From Octopus bimaculoides (taxonomy: Eukaryota), in the NCBI RefSeq assembly GCF_001194135.2, contig NC_068990.1, positions 40,056,715 through 40,120,714 of the forward strand: a stretch of 64,000 bases of DNA, given 5' to 3'. How positions within the stretch are numbered: the stretch's first letter is position 1; each line of letters begins with the position of its first letter. Below, one piece after another: positions 1 through 13,433 of the stretch. The position numbers and the translations under genes are program-made. The notes beneath the pieces were generated by a model. The model searched no databases and was not told where the DNA came from. It saw nothing but the letters and a program-made list of their open reading frames with translations.

Positions 1-595
1 TCACTGGGCAAAGTGACAAATTCTGAGGAGCATGATTATCTAAGAGCATGATTATCTGAGGTTAACTTCGCCATATTTTTTACAACTGTAAGCCAAACTT
101 CCCAGAACCTTCGATCAAGCTATTTGGAGGGATAACTCGGCTGCTTCTTTTGAAGTTTGCTGCATCGACTATAATAAATCAGCCAGAGCTAACCACTCGA
201 GCCATATTCGCGGAGGTGGTAATGCCATTGATGGTGACACATTGCTTTTCATGGTGATACGATATGTCGTGGTCTGGGCAGGGAAAATCTAAGAGTAATT
301 GTTCAAAACTCAGTAGGAACATCACTGAAGGATAATGTTCATAACAGAGGCAATGTTTGAACACAGATAATGTTTAAATATAGAACCATGTTCAGACAGA
401 CATACGCTGACTCTCTCATTCAGATTGTTCGTAAAACAATACTCAAAGTACGCCATACGCGATTTACGGTTATTCATAAGAGAATTATGTTAAACATATA
501 AGAAAACATTTACTTGAATTCTTGTAATAATTTAGATCATTAAATTTTGGGGTCGAACTACTTTACACATTTACACACACACACACATACACACA

Positions 596-661
596 GATAG
601 ATAGATAGACAGACGGACAGACAGACATACAGATAGATAGATAAGTAGGTAGGTAGGTAGG

Positions 662-733
<72 letters not shown>
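596..733. repeat. (GATA)n/(GACA)n/(GGTA)n compound microsatellite
   Basis: Directly visible tetranucleotide runs. Confidence 0.95.
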
Positions 734-1035
734 GTGACATATATATTACTGATTCCTCAAATTTTGGAAGGTTTCAACTAAATTAACAATTCCATAGAAA
801 TAACGTTGGGGATTCTCTTTTGTTTCCTTGAAATAAACATGACTGTTAAGTCAGCCATATTGTTAAGTATACACTGGTATGTTGATATGTATAGCTTGGG
901 TAAACTCTGAAGAAAAATCACTCGAGATTCGATTTCCAAATATTTTAATGGGTGCTTTGATAAAATGAAATGTTCCAGCCAATGAAAGTCCCCTAAATAA
1001 TGAAATGTCTTGTCATAAAAACTTTATGGCATTTT

Positions 1036-1240
1036 AGGGAGGCGAGCTAGCAGAATCGTTAACAAGCTGGGCAAAATATTTGGCGATATTACTTCCGTCT
1101 TTACATTCTGAGTGCAAATTCTGCTGAGGTCGACTTTGCCTTTTGGGGTCGATAGATTAAGTACCTGCTGAGTACTACGGTCAATGTAATCGACTTGCCC
1201 CCTCCGCAAAATTTCTGGTTTTGTGCCAAAATTAGAAAGA
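1036..1240 (+). mobile_element. SINE family C (Meta-domain-like tRNA-derived SINE)
   Basis: GGCGAGCT.GCAGAATCGTTA head, GAGGTCGACTTTGCCTTT..GGGGTCGATA.ATTAAGTACC core as in about 10 other copies; approximate TSD AATGAAATGTYWTGTCAT on both sides. Confidence 0.85.
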
Positions 1241-1444
1241 ATGAAATGTTATGTCATTTCACAGATAAGATTGTTCATTAATCGAAAATTTCTAAGTTTA
1301 GATAAACTATTTATTTCCATTCTGTGGACACTTACAGAATCATATTAATCTCTCTTTTGTGTATGAAATAGGCGTACGAAATATATTTGTCCAGTCAAAA
1401 AATTATGTGTTGAATACCTTGTGGTATTTAACCTGAGAATACCC

Positions 1445-1600
1445 CAAGATGGACTTAGCTTTCGTCCTTCACGAAATCGATAAAACTATGTACGAAATAA
1501 GTACTGTAGTCGAAATAATTGACCAAATGTTTTAAAGGTGCTGCCCTCCCCAGCACGACCGCAATTCAAATATTAAGGCCAGTATAAGAATAAAAGAATA
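1445..1600 (+). mobile_element. Degenerate SINE (family C core with family A-like tail)
   Basis: GACTTAGCTTTCGTCCTTC..TCGATAAA..AATAAGTACT..GTCGA then AAAGGTG..CCAGCACGACCGCA. Confidence 0.5.
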
Positions 1601-3292
1601 TATTATATAAATATTATTGTATACTGTTAGGTATGTAGTATACATATATATGATTAATTAACTCATATGCTCTATAATTATATAATAATTAACTAAATGA
1701 TTATATGGCGTTCAGTTCTCAAAACTACTCACTCTGTGATGCGTATGCGGCGCCAAAACTTCTGGCTTACAGCAGATGACATAAAACACGAATCATTATT
1801 TTAGTTTAAGCTTTTAATTTTATTTTATAGCTCATTTCCAACTCGCCTGATGTTATTTTCTTAATCAATGAATACATGTATTTCGCGCTTTCGTTTGTAA
1901 TATTATTCTTTATTGGTTAATTTATGAGTAACACCAAATGCCATTCAAAAGCTGTAAGCACAGTCTTTAACACTGTTGTTCTATAATTCTATCTTTTGAT
2001 ATGTGAGAAATATCGATAACATTTCATTGACGTTTCCCTAGATTTTCTGTCAAAGAGACAGATTTCATCACGCAACCAATTAAGTAACCTGAATGGTTAC
2101 AACAACATTGATATTACACATGCAGCATGGAATATTGAATATTCTTGCAAAAAAAATATTCCGACTGCCAACATTTTTTAAGTTGGTTTCTTTCGTAGAA
2201 CTTTCCTTGTCATCAGCTCCATGGTATTATTGATCGGTTAAAATTGTTAACCTCTACCTTTTTCACTGAAATTTGTATATTGAAGCCTAAAAAGTTATGT
2301 TTATTTCTCTAAACCTAGTGGAAATTAATAGATGTTACTGTAAGAACTGTAGTCCAAGAAAACTCAGATTCAGTCTTTTTTAACACGCAAGTTTATCGAA
2401 AATCCTGATGATCATAGGTAAATTTGTTTAAATACGACAATAATAATTGTACCGCCAATATAAATAATGTATCTTTGAATATGGTATGTAACCCTAATTC
2501 GCTGAATAATAACATTTCCATGAAGATAAATTCTATTTCAATGTGACATAAAGAAATTATGTCTCAACGCTACTGCTATCTAGCACCTTCGGATGATCTC
2601 TGCTCAACCGCTACACAACTGCTACTCGACTGCTACTCAACAGCTACACAACACACCTACCACGGCCAGACTACCTCTATTTATATGTCTTGCGAGATCC
2701 TACTTCTTCGCCTGGGGGCGTCGACACTACAGAAATAAAGTTACCTCTAACTTTGTCATAAAATAGTCAGAGTTTATTGGAAATTCGAGAATTTGTCCAG
2801 TGTGCTGAATCTTTGAGTTTCTGTTTTAGAATTACGAGAATCTTTTTATAAGCTTAGACTTCGGCACNNNNNNNNNNNNNNNNNNNNNNNNNNNNNNNNN
2901 NNNNNNNNNNNNNNNNNNNNNNNNNNNNNNNNNNNNNNNNNNNNNNNNNNNNNNNNNNNNNNNNNNNNNNNNNNNNNNNNNNNNNNNNNNNNNNNNNNNN
3001 NNNNNNNNNNNNNNNNNNNNNNNNNNNNNNNNNNNNNNNNNNNNNNNNNNNNNNNNNNNNNNNNNNNNNNNNNNNNNNNNNNNNNNNNNNNNNNNNNNNN
3101 NNNNNNNNNNNNNNNNNNNNNNNNNNNNNNNNNNNNNNNNNNNNNNNNNNNNNNNNNNNNNNNNNNNNNNNGAAGTGCTTAGAAAACTTGGAATTGCAGA
3201 AAATATTCGTCTATATTATTCATCATATTTTAGCCCCGAATTTTATCGAGCATTCTTGTAGGTTTCCGTTGTAATGTTGTTGTTGTTGTTGT

Positions 3293-3602
3293 TGTTGAGC
3301 GAAAACACCTAAAGCTCCACGAGGCTCCGGCAGGGGGTGGTGGCGAACCCTGCTGTACTCTTTCACCACAATTTTCTCTCACTCTTACTTCCTGTTTCTG
3401 TTTTGCCTGTATTTCAAAGGGTCAGCCTTGTCACACTCTGTGTCACGCTGAATATCCCGGAGGACTACGTTCAGGGTACACGTGACTGTGGAGTGCTCAG
3501 CCACTTGCACGTTAATTTCACGAGCAGGCTGTTCCGTTGATCGGATAAACTGGAACACTCGACGTCGTAAGCGACGGAGTGCCAACAACAACAACGACAA
3601 CA
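3293..3602 (+). mobile_element. SINE family B, 5'-truncated, (CAA)n tail
   Basis: Matches reverse complement of copies at 57233, 59588 and 61204; ends CGTAAGCGACGGAGTGCCAACAACAAC. Confidence 0.9.
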
Positions 3603-4185
3603 ATGTATGTACGTATGCATGCGCGTGTGCGTCTGCGTGCGCGTGCGTGTGTGTGCGTTTACGTTGAAAACTGCGTGATGATAAATGCTTAAAAGGTCTA
3701 CGTTTAAGTGGTGAATGTTAAAGATTTCAAAATGTTTTTTACTCGGCTTTGTCCTATTACATATATAAGAAGGATAAGAAGGATAATTCGTATCATTCTT
3801 TTATGAGGGTACATATGTGTCGTTCCTAGAATTGCGGGGTGTTTTTCTATGTATATAATAAAGTGGGCAGGGGATAAAAAAAAGTTAGGGAGTATACTTG
3901 GTTTGGTCATATTGAGCTTTCAAATATTAATTTGTACTTGAGTCGTAAACAGTGTGTACGGCAGGTGTGGCTGTGTATAGAAACTGCTTCTATCTTCCCA
4001 TTGTGTTAGGTGCCTGAATGTGTAAATGACGTTCTCTTGTCAACAAATTGTGTTGTCAAGAAATGATGTTATACTTATATGTTGAAAATAGGTCAGGAGG
4101 TCAGCTATGTACGTTGAAAAAAGGGGACAGGAACAACTGAAATTTGTTTGAGAAACTAAAATGGTTGAATCTTCTCTGTGTGTGT

Positions 4186-4223
<38 letters not shown>

Positions 4224-4431
4224 TTGTGTGTGTGTGCGTTTGTGTGTGTGTGTGTGTGTAGACGTGTTGGGTGTTGGAGATTCGATGTTGTTAGTTGAAA
4301 ATGAATTGTGTTGTGCTCTGTGTTGCAGGCAGGTTGTGTGTTTTAGAATTATTTGAAGTGGCTGCCATTTCTAACAGACTTGAAAGACTACTTAGAGATT
4401 CCTTGTTCACAGTGTAGTTCGTATGTTTTCT

Positions 4432-4432
<1 letters not shown>

Positions 4433-4481
<49 letters not shown>
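4433..4481. repeat. (TAG)n microsatellite
   Basis: Direct. Confidence 0.95.
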
Positions 4482-4482
<1 letters not shown>

Positions 4483-4539
4483 CAAAGATAGTAGTACCAG
4501 CATTCTTTTTTTTTATCTTTGCTACCCTCTCTTTATTCT

Positions 4540-4749
4540 TTTACTCTTTTACTTGTTTCAGTCATTTGCCTGTGGCCATGCTGGAGCACCACCTTTAGTC
4601 GAACAAATCGTCCCCAGAACTTATTCTTTGTAAGCCTAGTACTTATTCTATCGGTCTCTTTTGCCGAACCGCTAAGTTACGGGTACATAAACACACCAGC
4701 ATCGGTTGTCAAGCGATGTNNNNNNNNNNCACACATACATACATGCATG

Positions 4750-4785
<36 letters not shown>

Positions 4786-4944
4786 CAAATATACGACGGG
4801 CTTCTTTCAGTTTCCGTCTACCAAATCCACTCACTTTGGTCGACCCGAGGCTATAGTAGAAGACACTTGCCCAAGGTGCCACGCAGTGGGACTGAACCCG
4901 GAGCCATGTGGTTGGTAAGCAAGCTACTTACCACACAGCCACTC
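4540..4944 (-). mobile_element. SINE family A (tRNA head, CORE-like CCTTGGGCAAG motif, internal CA/TA microsatellite)
   Basis: Minus strand reads GAGTGGCTGTGTGG (box A), GGTTCAGTCCC (box B), GGCACCTTGGGCAAGTGTCTT; at least six copies in window. Confidence 0.9.
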
Positions 4945-5469
4945 ATTCATCTGTTTGCACGCATCATACTGCGGCTGATTATTTTCAGGCACAGCAAAAG
5001 AAACCAATAGAACAAGTATCACGTATAAAATAATAAGTACTAGAGTCAAGGTGGTGCTCCAGCATGGCTGAAGTCGAATGACTGAAATAAGACGAAAGAT
5101 TAAAGATATGCCAATAGTCTCTCTCCCTGCCCCTCTCTTTCTCCCTGTTGATTGATTGATTTATATATGGTTGGATGGGTGTATTTATGAGGTGATATCC
5201 CAGTCATTAACAACAATCTTCTCTATCACTTTGGATATCTCTCGCGCTCCTTAATGACCATCACTACGGCTTTCAGAGGAGCAGATATACAGGGATGACC
5301 TACTCTACTATGTCATTCACCAGTAAACACTGGTCAATTTTGTCCCTTTGAACAGCGTAAACTGACAGTCAATACCCACAAATCTGTGCAGACAACATTA
5401 GAGCACAACTCCCCACAGGAAAAGTTCGCAACTAGAAAGAAGTCTAAAGGCTGTTAATATCATTGAAGA

Positions 5470-5659
5470 TCCAAGGCGGTGAGCAAGCAGAATCGTTAGA
5501 ACGCCGAATAAAATGCTTAGCGGCAAATTCTACCGTGGTCGACTTTGCCTTTTCATCCCTTCGGGGTCGTTAAAATATTAACCAGTCAAGCACTGCAATC
5601 GATGTAATTAACTAGCACCTTCCACCAAAATTTCAGGCCTTGTGCCCATCGTAGAAAGG
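5470..5659 (+). mobile_element. SINE family C with TSD
   Basis: Family C head and core; TSD AATATCAYTGAAGA at 5456-5469 and 5660-5673. Confidence 0.9.
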
Positions 5660-6018
5660 AATATCACTGAAGAACTGTTCTAGAGACTGCGTAACCTCAA
5701 TATAATTAATACTGCATCTCAAAGACTGGCTTTCCTCTTCAAGTGATATAAAATACTTCACTTTCCAACAACTTTTATTAACTCTTTAGAAAGGCCAGGT
5801 GTCCACTACAATATTAAATTGCTTCCATCTCCGAGATAGTGCTGCCTCTGATCACATACACATACATCCGAGATTGAATCCTCAAAAGGTTATTTGTATT
5901 GAAATTTGTCCTCATCTATGTATAAGTGAAGGCATGTATGCTCATTCGTTTTACACACACACACAAACACACAAACGCACATACATGCACCCCCTCACAC
6001 ACACACACACACAACTAC

Positions 6019-6055
<37 letters not shown>

Positions 6056-7048
6056 CGGAAGTGTTCTACCGTTTTTCACGAAGAAGGAAGACTCTTTGTT
6101 TATTAGCTCCAAAATGGTCTGATAAATGTATTATGTAATTAATACATAATCACACGAAAACAATCTATAGCCAATAACGACTGTTTTGCATTACACACAC
6201 ATACACACTCATGCACACACATACACAAATACGTACGAATGCATATTCATACACACTGATACATGTACACGCATATATCTCTGCACTTACATTACACGTA
6301 TATACGTATGTGCGTGTCATTGTGTGCGAAGCTGATGTTGTTTTACGTCAGATAAGGACCTTCCAGTCGTCTACACCTCTACACAGACACCAACATTAAG
6401 AAACTACAAGATTAACGAATATTTTGATACCATATCACCATTGAACTTCTTTAAGTCGAACAAAATCTTCCAGACTTTTATCTTGTACATCGAATTTCAT
6501 CCGCTTATCATAAATTCGGCAAACAGAAGGCTCACTTCTTTTCCTCAATTAAAGATTACTTCATCTGCTATTCAATTTATCATGGTTCAGCAGGTGAATT
6601 TTCACAAAACTTCTTCGAAATACGACATTTTACATACATACATACATATTTAAAAATAAAAACTCACAAAAATATAACCATAAGAAAATGAATTTGATTA
6701 ACGAACTCCACCTGTTTACTTGCAAAATAGAAATGAAAACCTGATTTTTTTTCTTTTCATATCTTATTTAGCAGCTTTGATTTGAAAAAGAAATTTGGAG
6801 GAAAATTTTACAGAAGAACTTTTGAGTGAAAGAATACATCTGCTGGGTCGGAGTAATATCTATATTTTACTAATATTCAGAAACCTTAAGTAAAGATGTT
6901 TGATAATATATTTTGATAAGAACAACCATCTGTCTGTTTGGCTGTCAACGCATATAATACACACACACACACACAGAGACATGCATGCATACATACATAT
7001 CCATCCAACCATCCATCCATACATACATACATACATACATATACACAT

Positions 7049-7775
7049 GAGATGCAGGAAAAACAGTAAAATGTGACAACTGGTGCAGACTTTGTGGAGT
7101 TAACACCAAAGATATCGCCCTCATCATAAGCAGTTGTCCGAAAATGTGATCACGGTATTATCTACCGCTGAGACTTGATGTAGCTAGGACACTCTATAAT
7201 GAAATCCGTCGGAAGGATAACCCCGAGAACAAAGAAATAAGAACCCATAGTATGGTAGAAGCCATAGCCACTCATAATAAAAAGGAGGACTGGTGGAATT
7301 TCCCAGTGAAGACCTTTATAAACTGTAAGCACAACAGACCTACTATAAGGATTTGGGATAGAGAAGAGAAACTGCGTACAGTAGTGGAAATTAGCGGCCC
7401 AGCGGATGTAAACATAAAGTTGAAGATCAGTGAAAAAGAGAATACCTACGCTGAGCTATTGAGAAATCTGCAGTTACTATATCCAGACTACAAGTTCAGG
7501 TTTATACCTGTAATTATTGAGGCTCTGGGATATGTAACACACTGTCTAAATACCAATCTTGATAAGTTAGGCTTCTCAAAACCAGAAAGGAGAAGGCTAA
7601 TCCGAAGACTACAGATCCAATCCATCAATGGAACTGTATAAATCTGTAAAACTTTCCAGATGTTTGTCATTTAACTATATATGAGCATGTCTAGATATGC
7701 AAATATATGCAAAATAATACATACATAAAACAAAACATACAAATCTGCACATAAACATACATACAAACAATACAC
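7049..7775 (+). mobile_element. 3' end of a restriction-like-endonuclease (RLE) non-LTR retrotransposon, R4/Dong- or HERO-like, decayed
   Basis: CRLC..DIALIISSCPKM*SRYYLPLRLDVA (decayed CCHC knuckle) followed by HNRPTIRIWDREEKLRTVVEISGPADVNIKLKISEKENTYAELLRNLQLLYP..IPVIIEALG (PD..D/E-xK-type RLE); premature stops. Confidence 0.85.
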
Positions 7776-8007
7776 TTTTACTTGTTTCAGTCATTTGACT
7801 GCGGCCATGCTGGAGCACCGCCTTTAGTCGAGCAAATCGACCCCAGGACTTATTCTTTGTAAGCCTAGTACTTATTCTATCGGTCTCTTTTGCCGAACCG
7901 CTAAGTTACGGGGACGTAAACACACCAGCATCGGTTATCAAGCGATGTTGGGGGGGGGACAAACACAGACACACAAACACACACACACATACACACACAC
8001 ACATACA

Positions 8008-8040
<33 letters not shown>
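7776..8040 (-). mobile_element. SINE family A, partial (rest in gap), inserted in LINE 3' UTR
   Basis: Near-identical to 3' half of other family A copies. Confidence 0.9.
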
Positions 8041-8736
8041 NNNNNNNNNNNNNNNNNNNNNNNNNNNNNNNNNNNNNNNNNNNNNNNNNNNNNNNNNNNN
8101 NNNNNNNNNNNNNNNNNNNNNNNNNNNNNNNNNNNNNNNNNNNNNNNNNNNNNNNNNNNNNNNNNNNNNNNNNNNNNNNNNNNNNNNNNNNNNNNNNNNN
8201 NNNNNNNNNNNNNNNNNNNNNNNNNNNNNNNNNNNNNNNNNNNNNNNNNNNNNNNNNNNNNNNNNNNNNNNNNNNNNNNNNNNNNNNNNNNNNNNNNNNN
8301 NNNNNNNNNNNNNNNNNNNNNNNNNNNNNNNNNNNNNNNNNNNNNNNNNNNNNNNNNNNNNNNNNNNNNNNNNNNNNNNNNNNNNNNNNNNNNNNNNNNN
8401 NNNNNNNNNNNNNNNNNNNNNNNNNNNNNNNNNNNNNNNNNNNNNNNNNNNNNNNNNNNNNNNNNNNNNNNNNNNNNNNNNNNNNNNNNNNNNNNNNNNN
8501 NNNNNNNNNNNNNNNNNNNNNNNNNNNNNNNNNNNNNNNNNNNNNNNNNNNNNNNNNNNNNNNNNNNNNNNNNNNNNNNNNNNNNNNNCAGGTTGGTATG
8601 TATCTTGTTGCTCCAATAAAAAGGGCAGCTGATTTCCGCAACAAATCATTTTTTTTTTCTTGTGCTCCTACACAACAATATCTGGTTGGTCGTGTTTCAA
8701 CTTGGTGGGTGTTCTAATTTTTATGTATGTATGTGT

Positions 8737-8782
<46 letters not shown>

Positions 8783-9682
8783 AATAGGCATGTGTATATA
8801 CGTGTATATATACATGTACGTGTGTGTTTATAAAATATATACATATATACATATAGAGAGGATGAGGGGGCGGAAAGGGAGTCGATTTAATAGTTCTGGA
8901 GGAAGAACAGTGCGACGTAATGACTTCGTTTTATAAGCAATTAATACTCTAATGTGTTTTGCATGCGCTCTCAATTAATTTAAGTTGAAGTGTATTTGAA
9001 TATGAATAATAAAACTTAGTCAAATAAAGATTATAAAAATAAATTTACAATCCACGCTGCAACAGGCAAGCAGAAGTACTAACTTATTAACAATAAATCA
9101 ATTTGAGAAAATCTTAAGTATATTTTGGGCAGTGGTTAAATAATAAATCATTAAAATAGGATTTTCTCAGCGTATGTGTATATGAGAGTATGTGTACTCG
9201 AGCATGTTTGTGCGTATGTGAGTATGTATGTGCGTATGTTTAAATGTTTTCATGTGTGTTCAACATAAGCATATCTCTGTGTTAGTGAGTGCACGTAAAC
9301 TCGTTGACATTTAGCTTAATATTGCTGCTGTGTTGGAATTTACGCATATATTTGCATGTATGTGTGCGTGTGTGTTTGTGTATGCGTGTGTGTAGGTGTG
9401 TGTATGTGTGTGTGTGCGCGCGCATGAAAACGTAGTCCGATTTGTTATGAAGCTAATTTTAAAGCTAAAAAAAAAGCAGAGTTAAAATGATTCTGCAACA
9501 TTACCGATTCAAATGTCACGATTTCAGCTCTCACGAAGATCCCATTGATAGAGCTTGACTCCTGGTTCAGATGTAAACGATTTACGTATAAGGTAGAAAC
9601 AAAAGGAGTTAAGTGTCCACACCTTTTGTAGACTTGAAGTCATTGCGTTCGATGATCAACTCTAAGTTCTAGAAGTCGTGGT

Positions 9683-10085
9683 TTACTCTTTTACTCTTTT
9701 ACTTGTTTCAGACATTTGACTGCGGCCATGCTGGAGCACCGCCTTTAGTCGAGCAAATCGACCCCAGAATATATTATTTGTAAGCCTAGTACTAATTCTA
9801 TCGGTCTCTTTTGTCGAACCGATAAGTTATGAGGACGTAAACACACCAGCATCGGTTTTCAAGCGATGCTGGGGGGACAAACACAGACACACAAACACAC
9901 ACACATATATATACATATATACGATGGGCTTCTTTCAGTTTCCGTCTACCAAATCCACTCACAAGGCTTTGGTTGGCCTGAGGCTATAGTAGAAGACACT
10001 TGCGCAAGGTGCCACACAGTGGGACTGAACCCGGAACCATGTGGTTGGCAAGCAAGCTACTTACCACACAGCCACTCTTGCGCCT
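9683..10085 (-). mobile_element. SINE family A, full length
   Basis: Head AGGCGCAAGAGTGGCTGTGTGG through tail GAAACAAGTAAAAGAGTAAAAGAG on minus strand. Confidence 0.9.
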
Positions 10086-11142
10086 ATGAACAAAAATCTA
10101 TTGACCAAAAATATATATTCTCTTCGCTTAAAATAATTTCCTAGAAAGTACTCGGGAATTCAGTAAAAAAACAGACCTTTTGCAAGAAGTTTCAATGTGT
10201 ATGATACAGTCTGAATTAGTTATCACATCAACCTAAAGATAGAATAAATTAGAAGCAGGGAGAGATAAAAACGAAAGCCATTCCTTCCAATGGATGAAGA
10301 AAGCAAAATAGTTTTGATGAAATTCTTCAGGTTCTGTAAAACTCTTGATTCTTCAGAATTATTGAAGACTCATATATGAGCTCTACATTGGCTAACACAA
10401 GAGATTACGTTCCAAACTCCGAAGATTAGATTCCTAATTCCAATGTAAGACAGAACAACCAGCCCAACGACTTGTAGGTTTATTCCAGTTGTTTCAATAA
10501 TTTTCGAGATTCTGCGTCTAATAAGAATAAGAAGGAATCATAAATCACATCCAAAAATATCGAATTGAACTGCAGTTTGTTACTAGCAGAACAGTAAGCT
10601 TGCAAAATGCGATTTTGTTGGTGTTTGGTCTAATGAACAATAAGATGATTCCTGAAAGACTTCTCAGAGTTCCAAAGTCGTCTACACTCGGATTAAGGTA
10701 AGACAAATGATGGTACCTGGTTTGACTGGATCTTTAAGACATCTCTTTGTGATATTAGTGAAATTAAAGAATTTAATTAGAAACAAGATCAACAAGTGAA
10801 GATTCACATAAAAGTGGTATTATAAAAAAAAAATAGTTGTGAATAAAGAATGGAATATTACGATTCTCTTTCCCCTATACATACCATTGCAGACCTGAAT
10901 CAACCATCAAATAATATTTTCTTTCTTTTTCCATCTGTGGATATAAACTGCACAGCTAAATAAAAATCAACCACTTGACATACATAGCCAGTTATGGACT
11001 TAATTAAAGTTATTGTGCTCATCGCATCGAGTGTGTTTGAGTTTATTTTACTAAACCTTTATGTGCTCACTATCAACGCTATGGATAACACAGCTATAAA
11101 ATTCAGGGAAATCTATTACGGTTATTGTAATGTGGGTATACT

Positions 11143-11761
11143 CTTTACTCTTTCTCTCTTTTACTTGTTTCAGTCATTTGACTGCGGCAATGCTGGAGCA
11201 CCACCTTTAGTTGAGCAAATCGACCCCAGCACTTATTCTTTGGATGCATAGTACTTATTCTATCGGTCTCTTTTTCCGAACCGCTAAGTTACGGAGACCT
11301 AAACACACCACCATCGGTTGTCAAGCGATTTGGTGGACACACNNNNNNNNNNNNNNNNNNNNNNNNNNNNNNNNNNNNNNNNNNNNNNNNNNNNNNNNNN
11401 NNNNNNNNNNNNNNNNNNNNNNNNNNNNNNNNNNNNNNNNNNNNNNNNNNNNNNNNNNNNNNNNNNNNNNNNNNNNNNNNNNNNNNNNNNNNNNNNNNNN
11501 NNNNNNNNNNNNNNNNNNNNNNNNNNNNNNNNNNNNNNNNNNNNNNNNNNNNNNNNNNNNNNNNNNNNNNNNNNNNNATATATATATGCATATATACGAC
11601 GGGCTTCTTTCAGTTTCTGTCTACCAAATCCACTCACAAGGCTTTGGTCGGCCCGAGGCTGTAGTAGAAGACACTTGCCCAAGGTGCCACGCAGTGGGAA
11701 TGAACCCGGAACCATGTGGTTGGTAAGCAAGCTACTTACCACACAGCCACTCCTGCGCCTA
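11143..11761 (-). mobile_element. SINE family A, gap over internal microsatellite
   Basis: Both halves match family A. Confidence 0.9.
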
Positions 11762-12179
11762 TATGAATGGATTTATATAATTGTACGTGTGAGTCAAATT
11801 GTACACATAAGTGTGTTATCTTTAAAAAACAAAAAACATGTACTCTTCAGAATGTTTATTTGCTGGCCCATTCATCGGGAAACAGGGATTAACTATAATC
11901 TATTTCTGCCACCCACCACCTCTTCCATAGTATTAACTATAGTTTCTAAGTTCGACAAACGATCACACATTTGGTGGGGTGAGATGGGGTGGAAGTTGCA
12001 TATTCGATATGCTAGATCTTAGAATCTGACAGGTAGTTATTTCAAAAACACCTGAAGGATGAAAAGAAAATCGTCTTTGAAAGGATTTGAAATCACAGTC
12101 TACAGAGACATAACTAAAAAAAGACACAAGGTATTTATTCTGGTGCTCCACCGAATTTGCCTACTGCTGATCTTTTATA

Positions 12180-12780
12180 GCAATAATAGTTGTTTCTAAA
12201 ATAAACACAAGGCTATATGTTTGGTGGCAGGTGTTTAATCGATTTATCAACCCCAGTTTTTAACTGGTATCTTATGTTATTGACAGAGGAGAAATGAGAA
12301 GCAAAATTGACTTCAGTGAGATTCGATCTCAAGTCTTAGTTTGGAAAATATTGCGAGGTGTTTTCCTGATGCGATATCGATTCTACCAACTGATGCCCTT
12401 TCGTAATCCTTTCTACTGAAAGGTACAGGGCCTGCAATTTGTGAGGAGGGGACTAGTTGATTACATCGACCCCAGTGTTTAACTGGTACTCAATTTATCG
12501 ATCCCAGAAGGATAACAGGTAAAGTTGACCTCGACGGGGTTTGAACTCAGAACGTAACGACAGACGAAATACCGTTAAGGATTTCGTCCGACGTGCTAAC
12601 GAATCTGCCAGCTCGCCGCCTTGCTACCTTTCCATAATGATAATAATCCTTTCGACTGTAGGCACAAGGCCTGAAATTTTGGAAGGAAGGGGTTAGTCGA
12701 TCACATTGGACCCACTACTCAACTGATATTTATCTTATCGTCTCCAAAAACAGATGGAAGGCAAAATCAACTTCGGCAGC
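12180..12780 (-). mobile_element. Three head-to-tail SINE family C copies of different ages
   Basis: Cores at about 12240-12330 (degenerate), 12412-12622 (intact head GCTCGCCGCCTT) and 12645-12780. Confidence 0.75.
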
Positions 12781-12973
12781 ATCCCTTCCATAATAATATT
12801 AATAGAGTTCATTACTTACAGAAGCAGAATGCTTCAGGTTCAAGAATTAAGAATCAATATCATTAAGAGGCGTTCAAAACCTTTTTCAAAGCCATTACAA
12901 ATATGTGAAATACATCGCTCTCATAGAAATTGAAATTGGAACACTGTACTTCGATCATCAAAAACATCTCTCT

Positions 12974-13100
12974 AATCCCTGCTATTCTATTGGTTCGCAA
13001 TAATTTCTCTATAATTCCTGCTATTCTATTGGCTCACAATAACTTCTCCATAATCCCTGCTATTCTATTGGTTCCCAATAACTTCTCTATAATCCTTTCT
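12974..13100. repeat. 39-bp minisatellite, 3.3 copies
   Basis: AATCCCTGCTATTCTATTGGTTCNCAATAACTTCTCTAT x3. Confidence 0.9.
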
Positions 13101-13189
13101 ATTATTCTACACAACAATGGTGAGAAGAATGTATTTGAACAACTTGGTCACATTATATGGATGTCGTGTCTTTTATTAGAATAATTAAA

Positions 13190-13200
13190 TGATGATGATG

Positions 13201-13260
<60 letters not shown>

Positions 13261-13433
13261 TGAGGCGGAAGAGGAGGACAGAGTGATCCTAATGTTGCTG
13301 ACTAGTACGACGATGAGGAAGACAGTGATGATGAAGGCAGTAGTATATAATGGTAGTGAAGAAGAAGAAGAAGAAGAAGAAGAAGAAGAAGAAGAAGAAG
13401 AAGAAGAAGAAGAAGAAGAAGAAGAAGAAGAAG
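13190..13433. repeat. (GAT)/(AAT)n and (GAA)n microsatellites
   Basis: Direct. Confidence 0.95.

Noticed and set aside
7901-8649. Long ORFs spanning N runs (also at 11.3, 13.5, 39.8, 42.5, 45, 46.5, 54.3 and 55.7 kb)
   Set aside because: They are open only because N codons contain no stop
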